This document shows, one piece after another, positions 16,569 to 24,619 of a DNA stretch of 64,000 bases. The stretch comes from Spirochaetota bacterium (GTDB lineage: Bacteria > Spirochaetota > UBA12135 > COTS27 > JAFLEE01), in NCBI GenBank assembly GCA_017302015.1, contig JAFLEE010000016.1, positions 5,162 through 69,161 of the forward strand, given 5' to 3'. The position numbers and the translations under genes are program-made. The notes below the pieces were generated by a model. It did no database searches and was not told the DNA's origin. It saw nothing but the letters and a program-made list of their open reading frames with translations. Positions within the stretch are counted from its first letter, which is position 1. Each line of letters opens with the position of its first letter.

Positions 16569-18740
16569 ATGGGACGCGTCCTCTGGGTCTTGCTTGCGTT
16601 CTCCTCGGCCCAGGTCCTGCCTTCGGAGAACGCGGTCGCGGATGCGCATCGGCAGGGCGAAACGGGCGGCGGATTTTCGCGGGGAAGGGAAGACGCGCGG
16701 GCAGGAACGGATTGGGCCCCCATCCCCACCACTTACGACGTTCAGCCGGGAAGCCCCTTGGATTTCTCCTTTTTGTTGGATGCACCAGCGGGAAAGCACG
16801 GCCCGATCGCGGTGCGAGACGGCCATTTCGTCTTCGCCAAGGAGCCCGGGCGGCGGATTCGCTTCTATGGGAACCACGCCGGCCTCGAGGGCATGACGAA
16901 GGCGGATTGCGAGCCGCTGGCCGCGCGTTTCGCCCGGATGGGGTATAACGCGGTGCGCCTGCACACCTACGATCAGGATCTCCAGGGAAAAAACGGCCTC
17001 TCGACCGAGTTGGATCCTGGCCAAGAGGAGGTCTTGGATTACCTCATCTACCAGATGATCCAACATGGAATCTACATCACGTTGGACCTCTATGTCGCCC
17101 GAACGATCTTCCCCAATGAAGTGCCGGGTTTTTCCGCGCCCATGCAGCACGCCTATAAATTTCTGGTGCACCTGGACGAGGGGGCCCGCTCGAACTGGGA
17201 GCGTTTCGCGGCGGCCCTGCTCTGCCATACGAACCGTTATACCGGCCGACCCCTTGCGGAGGAGCCCGCGCTCTACGGCATCAGCCTGGTGAATGAAGAT
17301 ACCCCCTATGAACAACTCCAGCGCTTCCCCGAGGCGATGCGCGAGTACCAGAAGGCCTTCGCCCGGTGGAAGACCGGCCGGGACGCCTCCGCCGGACCCG
17401 AGGGGCCCCTCTTCCGCGAGTTCGTGACGGACGTCTACGTTCGTTCGTATCGAAGGATGATGGCCACGCTCCGGCATTGGGGCGTGTCGGCTCCCCTCAC
17501 CGGGGTCAATTTCATGGAGCAGCAGGCGCTGGCCCTGGTGCGGCAGGAATTGGATTATGTGGATGAGCACTATTATTTCGACCACCCGATCCCCACCGGC
17601 CCGGGCCCGATGGACCCCCTGCGTTTCCATGGCCGGGCGAACGAACGCCTCGCGGCGGATTGCCCCCGCTACGCCTTTCCCACCCGGATCTTCGGCAAGC
17701 CCTTCACCCTCTCGGAATGGAACCAACCCTACCCGAACCCCGCCCGCGCCTCCAGCGGGCCCCTCGTTTCGGCCTACGCGCAACTCCAGGATTGGGATGG
17801 CGTGCTCCGTTTCAAATTCCACCCGAACCCCTATCCGCGCGCCCCAGGGGAGCCCGTGCCGCGTAGTTATCTCGGCGAAGTCTTCGCCATCGCGGAAGAT
17901 CCGATCGCCGTGTTGTCGGACCGCCTGGGGGCGCTTCTCTTCCATCGGCGGGAATTCGCCATGGCGCCCAGCGCGCTCCCCTACTTAGTCACTTCGAACG
18001 CCAGTTTCGGCACCCGCACGCCGCGGGGTTTTTTCCCCGAGGCCTATACCTATGCGGGCCTCTTTGCCCGGGTCGGGGGGATCGTGGCGGAGCGCCTTCC
18101 GGATGCCTGGCCCGTCGGTGTCTGCGACCCCGCGCAAGATCCCGGCGCCCGGGGAGCGGGCCTGCTTTGGCCGGGGGACCGACGGCTCTTTGCGCTCGTG
18201 GAGGCCCGCGGGTTCTTCAAGGGCCAAACGGCCGACTTCCAGCGGGGACTCTGGACGAGCGAGACGCGGGAAATAACCCTCGACGCCGCGCAAGGCCGGC
18301 TTTCCCTCTCCGCCGCCCGCACCCAGGTGTTCGCCCTCGACGGGCCGGGGTTCCTCGAGGATCGGGAACTTCGCGTGGACCATGACGGGGGATATGCCGT
18401 CGTGGCGGTCACCGCGCTCTCCGAAGGGAAGCGGCTTCCCGATAGCCCACGCCTTTTGGTTTTTTTCCTCACGGATGCCAGAGCCTCGGGGCTCGAATCT
18501 GCCCGCCCGATCACGAATTACACCACCCACGGGAAAAGCCCGATGCGGGTTCGTATCGCCCATGCCAGGCTCAGCATGCCGGCCGGCGCCTTCCAGGTCG
18601 CGCGATTGCGAAGCCTGGGCCTCGATGGGTCCCAGCGGAATGAGCGCGATGTTCCCGCCCAAGCGGGCCGGCTTCTTTTCGATTTGAGCACCAACCCGCG
18701 CGATGGAGGGGGGCTTGCATTCGAGATCATCCGGCGTTAG
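16569..18740 (+). CDS. secreted clan GH-A (GH5-like TIM-barrel) glycoside hydrolase, family unassigned
   Basis: Signal peptide MGRVLWVLLAFSSAQV. Candidate acid/base residue in ISLVNED and candidate nucleophile in FTLSEWN. The track ORF 15555.. is a spurious 5' extension through the upstream gene. ATG 16530 is an alternative start. Confidence 0.6.
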   Translation: MGRVLWVLLAFSSAQVLPSENAVADAHRQGETGGGFSRGREDARAGTDWAPIPTTYDVQPGSPLDFSFLLDAPAGKHGPIAVRDGHFVFAKEPGRRIRFYGNHAGLEGMTKADCEPLAARFARMGYNAVRLHTYDQDLQGKNGLSTELDPGQEEVLDYLIYQMIQHGIYITLDLYVARTIFPNEVPGFSAPMQHAYKFLVHLDEGARSNWERFAAALLCHTNRYTGRPLAEEPALYGISLVNEDTPYEQLQRFPEAMREYQKAFARWKTGRDASAGPEGPLFREFVTDVYVRSYRRMMATLRHWGVSAPLTGVNFMEQQALALVRQELDYVDEHYYFDHPIPTGPGPMDPLRFHGRANERLAADCPRYAFPTRIFGKPFTLSEWNQPYPNPARASSGPLVSAYAQLQDWDGVLRFKFHPNPYPRAPGEPVPRSYLGEVFAIAEDPIAVLSDRLGALLFHRREFAMAPSALPYLVTSNASFGTRTPRGFFPEAYTYAGLFARVGGIVAERLPDAWPVGVCDPAQDPGARGAGLLWPGDRRLFALVEARGFFKGQTADFQRGLWTSETREITLDAAQGRLSLSAARTQVFALDGPGFLEDRELRVDHDGGYAVVAVTALSEGKRLPDSPRLLVFFLTDARASGLESARPITNYTTHGKSPMRVRIAHARLSMPAGAFQVARLRSLGLDGSQRNERDVPAQAGRLLFDLSTNPRDGGGLAFEIIRR

Positions 18741-18854
18741 GCCCAGCGCGACGCGGGGCACGTTCCACGGGAGCGGAAAATGGGTGCTCATCAGATCCAA
18801 TAAACGCGCACCGCGAAAATAATTGCCGTCATCAAACATGAGGATCCAACGACC

Positions 18855-20522
18855 ATGATTCAATTTTTCCGATCCAACGACCAGGGCTTGAAATCCCGCC
18901 TCGGGTTCATGGCCCTCCTTGGCGCCTTCGGCCTCGCCGCGTGCCAACCCCTTTCCAATCCCTTGGACGCCCCGGTGGATCTCGCCCCCGTCTCCGCCTC
19001 CATCGAGGTGGACCCCGCGTCGACGCTGCGGCCCACCATTCCATCGGGCCTCTTCGGCTTCAACATCGAATGGATCGAGAACGGGAACGGGCTCGCCGAT
19101 GACCAGGGGATGGTCGCGGAGGCCTGGACGACGAGGGTGGCCGCCGGGGGGGTCGACCACCTGCGCTGGCCGGGGGGGATCTTCTCCGATTATTACCATT
19201 GGAAAGACGGCATCGGCCCCGTCACCAGCCGGCCCACGGTGCCCCACCATACCGATGCGGGCAATGGGCGAGATGTGCTCGGCACTCCCGGCATCGTGCG
19301 CTGGGCGCGGGCCTTGGGCGCCGGCCTGCTTTTTACCGTGAACGCGGGGAGCGGTACAGCATCCGAGGCCGCGGATTGGGTTCGCTATTGCAACGCGCCC
19401 GGGGATAGCCGCCGCGCCGCCGACGGGTCCACCGCCCCGCTGGGCATCGTGGATTGGGAGGTGGGCAATGAACTCTACCTCCCGGAAAATCCAGGGTCGC
19501 CGAAGGTTGCGATCAATGCCGCGACCTACGCGGCGCGATTCCTCGAGTTCGCCGCCGCCATGCGCGCCGCCGCGCCGAGCACGGCGATTCGCCTCCACGC
19601 CATCGGCGGGGCGACCTCCTCCTGGGCGCCCCCGCCGGACCCCGCTTGGATCGACACCCTTCTCGCCTCCGCGGGAGCCGAGGTCGACGTGCTCGCCGTG
19701 CACAATGCCTACCATCCGTACCTCTACAATGCCCGGGAGGCTTCTCGCACCACGCGGGAAGTCTACCAGGCGCTGTGGGCCTCGCCCGAAGCCATCGGCG
19801 CCTCCCTCGATCGCCTCGCCGGGAAACTCTCCGCGACGGAAAGCGCCCGGGGCCTCGCGTCGGGGAAGATCGGCTTGTCCATCACGGAATGGGGACCGCT
19901 CTTCGGCGCCGACCCCAAATGGGTGGACCACGCCAAGACCCTGGGATCCGCCGTGTTCGTCGCCCGGGTCTTCCAAATTCTCTTCGCCCGCGAACGGGTG
20001 CGCTTCGCCGAGGCGTTCAAACTCACCGATTCGTTCACCCAGGGTTGGATCGGGTGGGACGGCAATCCCAAACCGATCTGGAGGGTCTTTTCCCTGTTCG
20101 CCCGCCAGAAGAACGACCGCCTCGTCGCATCGCGCGTCTACGGCAGCAAGGACTTCTCCACCGAGCGCCTCGGAGCGGTGGAGACGGCCACCGGGCTCGA
20201 GGAGCTATGCGCCCAGGCCTCCGTCTCCGCCGACGGGCGGAAATTGCGCCTCAGCGCGGTGAACCGGTCCTGGAACCGTCCCTATGACGTCGATCTTTCC
20301 CTGCCGGCTCCCTGGAATACGGCGCGGGGCACGGCCCAAGTCCTTTCCGGGGCCAGCGCCACGGACCACGACGGCCCCGATGTGCGCCCGTGGATCCCCC
20401 TCTCGGCCTATTCGGAAGTACCCCGCAACGGCGCGACGAGCCTCACGAGTTCGACGCTCGAGGCGGGCAAGCCCCTGAAGCTTCCGCCCCGTTCCGTGGC
20501 CATGCTCGAGTGGGCGCTCTAA
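18855..20522 (+). CDS. GH51-like alpha-L-arabinofuranosidase-family lipoprotein
   Basis: Lipobox LGAFGLAAC. Motifs LRWPGGIFSDYYHWKDGIGP, WEVGNELY (acid/base) and LSITEWG (nucleophile). M19 (18909) is an alternative start. Confidence 0.7.
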   Translation: MIQFFRSNDQGLKSRLGFMALLGAFGLAACQPLSNPLDAPVDLAPVSASIEVDPASTLRPTIPSGLFGFNIEWIENGNGLADDQGMVAEAWTTRVAAGGVDHLRWPGGIFSDYYHWKDGIGPVTSRPTVPHHTDAGNGRDVLGTPGIVRWARALGAGLLFTVNAGSGTASEAADWVRYCNAPGDSRRAADGSTAPLGIVDWEVGNELYLPENPGSPKVAINAATYAARFLEFAAAMRAAAPSTAIRLHAIGGATSSWAPPPDPAWIDTLLASAGAEVDVLAVHNAYHPYLYNAREASRTTREVYQALWASPEAIGASLDRLAGKLSATESARGLASGKIGLSITEWGPLFGADPKWVDHAKTLGSAVFVARVFQILFARERVRFAEAFKLTDSFTQGWIGWDGNPKPIWRVFSLFARQKNDRLVASRVYGSKDFSTERLGAVETATGLEELCAQASVSADGRKLRLSAVNRSWNRPYDVDLSLPAPWNTARGTAQVLSGASATDHDGPDVRPWIPLSAYSEVPRNGATSLTSSTLEAGKPLKLPPRSVAMLEWAL

Positions 20523-20534
20523 GCGCCCGGCGGC

Positions 20535-21308
20535 TCACGCGGTGCGCACCTTGATCCAATCCCCGATGAAGTCGGCCACCTCCTCCCATTTCTTTTGGCC
20601 GATGATGAAATGGGTGCGGCCCGGGAACTCTTTATAATCGGTGATCCCCGCGGATTTCCGGTACTTGGCGCGATTGACGCGATTAAGGGACGCGGGGATG
20701 ATGCGATCTTCGCCCCCCGCGATGAGAAGCAGCGGCGGCCGGGGAGCCCTGAAATCGATCTTAGCGGAAAGGGAATCCCGGGGCACGCGCCGGGATTCGG
20801 GGACGATATAGCGTTCCCACCCCTCGCGGCGCTCCTTCGCCGTCAGATTGTGGGCGAATGCGTACTCGAAGCGTTCCAGTCCCATCTGGATCGGCACGCC
20901 CTGGTCGGTGAACGGGTTGAGATGGGGCCAATTTGCTTTGAGGAAGGACCAGCGCGGGGTGAAGACCCCCGCGGGGGGCGCCGAGTTGATGGCGATGCCC
21001 GCCGCCGCGATGCCCTTTTGGAGAAGCAATTGGACCACAAGGCCGCCCATGGAATGGCCGATGAGGATGGGCATCTCGTGGAGGGTGAGGATGCGGTCGG
21101 TGAAATGGTCTACGACGTCTTTAAGGCGCAGGCCGCCCAAGACCGGGTCGGGGTGCTTCTTCCTCAGGGTGTCGACGGGAAGGTCCCGGCCGGGCCAGCC
21201 GGGGGCGAGGCACTGGAAGCCCTCCGCCTGGAAATGGTCGCGCCAATTTTCCCAGCATTTGGGGTTCATGTACATCCCGTGGATGAACAGGAGGGTCTTT
21301 GATTTCAA
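20535..21308 (-). CDS. alpha/beta hydrolase
   Basis: MKSKTLLFIHGMYMNP... with nucleophile elbow IGHSMGG. Confidence 0.8.
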   Translation of the reverse strand: MKSKTLLFIHGMYMNPKCWENWRDHFQAEGFQCLAPGWPGRDLPVDTLRKKHPDPVLGGLRLKDVVDHFTDRILTLHEMPILIGHSMGGLVVQLLLQKGIAAAGIAINSAPPAGVFTPRWSFLKANWPHLNPFTDQGVPIQMGLERFEYAFAHNLTAKERREGWERYIVPESRRVPRDSLSAKIDFRAPRPPLLLIAGGEDRIIPASLNRVNRAKYRKSAGITDYKEFPGRTHFIIGQKKWEEVADFIGDWIKVRTA

Positions 21309-21625
21309 CGCGGGTTCCTCGTGATCCTTTTAATCGTAGACATTGTCATCTTTGGACGTGCATCCGGCTATTGGCATCTGGGACCATGCGGCAAAAAAAC
21401 GTCGCAGGCATTGCCTGTGGGAAGCCGTCTCGGATCGTGTCGCGGCGCTGGCGGAATTGGGCGGCGAGTTTTCGACCGAAGGTGCCTCGGTAAACCGCGG
21501 GAATCATGCCGTTGAGATTTCGCGGATCGACTCGCATCACCCCCTAATATCGCAGGGAAAGCAGGAGAAGTCCAATGGGCCGTGTTGCGAACTCCGCGGG
21601 ATCGAGTTGAGGTGCGTGGGCTTCG

Positions 21626-22588
21626 ATGCCCCAGAGTAGAATTCAGCCCATGCCACCGCTCCCGCAAGATCGTCGGCTTCTTTTGTCGGCCCTGTCGGCC
21701 GCCATCGAGGCCCTCGCCGACGGGAAACTTGCCTTCCTCGACGGCCGAAAGCCCGGCCCGGAATGCCCGCGGGAGCGCCTTTCCAACGAGTACCTCCACC
21801 ACCACGAGGCGATCCACGAGATCGCCATCATCCTCGACGGCCCCTTCGTGATGAATTGCGGGGGCCGCCCGGTGCGGCTGCGGGAGACTTGCCTGCACCT
21901 GCCGCCGGGGCTTCCCCATCGCGAGCGGCCCGCGAAATCCCGCCGTCCCTATCGGGCCTTGAATCTCGCCATGACGCAGCGGGTGCCGCCGGTGGACGTC
22001 TGGGTTTCCTACGCGAACGACGCGATCCCCTATCCCGGGCTGCGCAGTTCGGGGCATTTCCGCTGCAAGCTCCTTCCCCCGTCCGCCGCGGTCCTCGACG
22101 CCATCGGCTCGACGAATCGCCTCGACCAGCGCTACGCCGCCAACGCGCTCCTGAACCTCCTCATCGACCTCTGGCGCGGCCTCCAAGAACCCGCGCCGAG
22201 CGCGGCGGACCACCGGGCGCCGAGCCCGGCCATGCTCCGGGCCATCCGCCAGGCCGATGCCTTCCTCGCCGAGCACGCGGCGCAGCCCATCTCGGTCTTC
22301 GACGTGGCCGACCACGTGGGCTATTCCGCGGACCACCTCACCCGCATCTACAAGGAACAATTCGGCATCACGCCGCACCAGAAGATGAACGCCTTGCGCC
22401 TGGCCCGGGCGGAGGCGCTTCTCCGCAACACGAACCTCAAGGTCGCGGAGATCGCCCGCGCGTGCGGGTTCCCGCTCCCCGGCTATTTCCACGCCGCGTT
22501 CAAGGAACACCACCGATTGACGCCCGCGGCCTTCCGCCTCCAGGCGGGCCCGGCCACCGGTCCAGTCGCGGCGAAGCCCACTCCTTAA
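21626..22588 (+). CDS. AraC-family transcriptional regulator
   Basis: C-terminal HTH: VADHVGYSADHLTRIYKEQFGITPHQ...IARACGFPLPGYFHAAFKEHHRLTP. Confidence 0.8.
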   Translation: MPQSRIQPMPPLPQDRRLLLSALSAAIEALADGKLAFLDGRKPGPECPRERLSNEYLHHHEAIHEIAIILDGPFVMNCGGRPVRLRETCLHLPPGLPHRERPAKSRRPYRALNLAMTQRVPPVDVWVSYANDAIPYPGLRSSGHFRCKLLPPSAAVLDAIGSTNRLDQRYAANALLNLLIDLWRGLQEPAPSAADHRAPSPAMLRAIRQADAFLAEHAAQPISVFDVADHVGYSADHLTRIYKEQFGITPHQKMNALRLARAEALLRNTNLKVAEIARACGFPLPGYFHAAFKEHHRLTPAAFRLQAGPATGPVAAKPTP

Positions 22589-22757
22589 GGGCGGGGGTCA
22601 GCGGGCGCGGAAAAACTGACTGAATCTCGTTTTTTCGGACTTGCGGGGGCGTTCCCCGTCCCCTAGACTCCATGCATCCTCGCAAAGCAAGGGGCCAGAC
22701 GGCTCCGCGGGGATTCCGCCGCCCCATCGCGGCGGAGCGTTCGCCAAAGGAGTTCCC

Positions 22758-23483
22758 ATGGCCCTCGGTTACCAAGACACGCCCATTATCCCCGATCAGC
22801 AATGGCATGTGCACGACGGGGAGCGGCCCCAACCGCGCATCGTCGTGCCGGGCAACGCCAGCCAACTCCCGCCGGTGGCTCCCCCCTCCGATGCCCTCGT
22901 GCTCTTCGACGGGAAGAACCTCGACGCGTGGGAGAGCGTCAAAGGCGGCGGTCCGGCCGCCTGGAAGGTCGCGGGCGACGGCACCTGCGAAGTGGTGAAG
23001 GGGACCGGCAATATCCGCACGAAGAAGCATTTCGGCGACATCCAACTCCATGTGGAATGGTCCGCCCCCACGGTGATCGAGGGCGACGGCCAGGGTCGGG
23101 GCAATTCGGGGGTCTTCCTCATGGGCCTCTACGAGGTACAGGTCCTCGACTGCTACCAGAATCCCACCTATCCCGACGGGACCACGGCGGCCGTCTACGG
23201 CCAATTCCCGCCCCTGGTGAACGCCTGCTGCAAGCCCGGCGAATGGCATCTCTACGATATCCTCTGGCAGGGGCCCAAATTCCACGCCGGATCCTGCGTG
23301 GCGCCGGCGCGCATCACCGTGCTCCATAACGGGGTCGTGGTGCACCATGCCCGGGAACTCCAGGGCCCGACCCAGCACAAGCGCACCGCCTGCTACGAGC
23401 CCCACGCGCCCGTCGGCCCCGTCATGCTGCAGGACCACAATAACCCCGTGCGCTTCCGCAATATCTGGCTCCGGGAAATCTGA
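22758..23483 (+). CDS. DUF1080 (3-keto-disaccharide hydrolase-like, concanavalin fold) protein
   Basis: Motifs LFDGKNLDAWE...W.V..G, NSGVFLMG.YEVQVLD and a C-terminal VRFRNIWLREI. I chose the start at ATG 22758. Confidence 0.8.
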   Translation: MALGYQDTPIIPDQQWHVHDGERPQPRIVVPGNASQLPPVAPPSDALVLFDGKNLDAWESVKGGGPAAWKVAGDGTCEVVKGTGNIRTKKHFGDIQLHVEWSAPTVIEGDGQGRGNSGVFLMGLYEVQVLDCYQNPTYPDGTTAAVYGQFPPLVNACCKPGEWHLYDILWQGPKFHAGSCVAPARITVLHNGVVVHHARELQGPTQHKRTACYEPHAPVGPVMLQDHNNPVRFRNIWLREI

Positions 23484-23493
23484 GGAGGGCCGC

Positions 23494-24534
23494 ATGGAAC
23501 CCAAGATTCGCGTCGGGGTGATCGGCCTCGGGATGGGCAAGGGCCACCTCAAATCCTTCCAGGAGCATCCGCACTGCGAGGTGGCGGCCATCTGCGACCA
23601 GAACCCAGAGCGCCTCGCCCAGGTCGCCAAGGAGTTCGGGGTGGAAAAGACCTTCACCGACGCCACGGCGATGTTCGACGCGGCGAAGCTCGACGCGGTG
23701 AGCGTGTGCACACCCAATAAATTCCACGCCCCCCTCACCCTCGAGGCCCTGGACCGCGGCCTCCACGTGCTGTGCGAAAAGCCCATGGCCATGAATACGG
23801 CCGAGGCCCTCGAGATGGAGGCGCGCGCCAAGAAGCGGGACCGCCGCCTCATGATCAATTTCTCCTACCGCTTCAACGCCATGAGCCAGGCCCTGAGGCG
23901 CGAGGTCGACCGGGGCACCTTCGGCGACTTCTATTTCGGCCGCACGGTCTGGCACCGCCGCCGCGGCATGCCCGGCTTCGGCGGCTGGTTCGGCGACAAG
24001 GACCTCGCGGGCGGCGGCCCCCTCATCGACCTGGGCGTGCACCGCATCGATTTGGCCCTCTGGCTCATGGGGTATCCCGAGCCGCAGGCGGTCTTCGGCT
24101 CCACCTACGCGCCCCTGGCCACCGAGGCCGCCGCGCGGGAGAACAAGAAGTTCACCGTGGAAGACCTCGCGGCGGGGATCGTGAAGTTCAAGAACGGCGC
24201 CACGCTCATCGTCGAGGCCTCCTGGGCCGCCCATGTCAAGCACAAGGAAGAGATGGTCACGCGCCTCTGCGGCACCCGGGGCGGCCTCGTCCAGCAGAAC
24301 GTGGGCGGCGAGTACCAATTCACCTGCGAGATCTATAGCGACCAAGACGGCGATTTCTTCACCCGCACCCTGGATTTCACCAAGGCGGCGGTGCCCTCGG
24401 CCATGCACGAGTTTATCGACAGCATCCGGGAGCATCGCGCCCCCTCCGCGCCGGGCGAGCACGGGGTGAAGGTGATGAAGATCCTCGACGGCATCTATGA
24501 GAGCGCGCGCACGGGGCGGGAAGTGCGGTTCTAA
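23494..24534 (+). CDS. Gfo/Idh/MocA-family NAD(P)-dependent oxidoreductase
   Basis: Rossmann N-terminus IRVGVIGLGMGKGH and motif LCEKPMA. The gene starts 11 nt after the DUF1080 stop. Confidence 0.85.
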   Translation: MEPKIRVGVIGLGMGKGHLKSFQEHPHCEVAAICDQNPERLAQVAKEFGVEKTFTDATAMFDAAKLDAVSVCTPNKFHAPLTLEALDRGLHVLCEKPMAMNTAEALEMEARAKKRDRRLMINFSYRFNAMSQALRREVDRGTFGDFYFGRTVWHRRRGMPGFGGWFGDKDLAGGGPLIDLGVHRIDLALWLMGYPEPQAVFGSTYAPLATEAAARENKKFTVEDLAAGIVKFKNGATLIVEASWAAHVKHKEEMVTRLCGTRGGLVQQNVGGEYQFTCEIYSDQDGDFFTRTLDFTKAAVPSAMHEFIDSIREHRAPSAPGEHGVKVMKILDGIYESARTGREVRF

Positions 24535-24619
24535 TCCGCGGAGGATCCCGAGGCGGGCTCCGCCCCGGGGAGGGCGCGACGTTGCCTGCCCACGCTATGG
24601 CGCGCCCTTGCGATCGGCG

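Noticed and set aside
21575-21610. 11-codon upstream ORF (MGRVANSAGSS) with AGGAGAAG 7 nt upstream, ahead of AraC gene 21626.
   Set aside because: It is too short and I could not verify conservation. It could be a coincidental SD-ATG pair.
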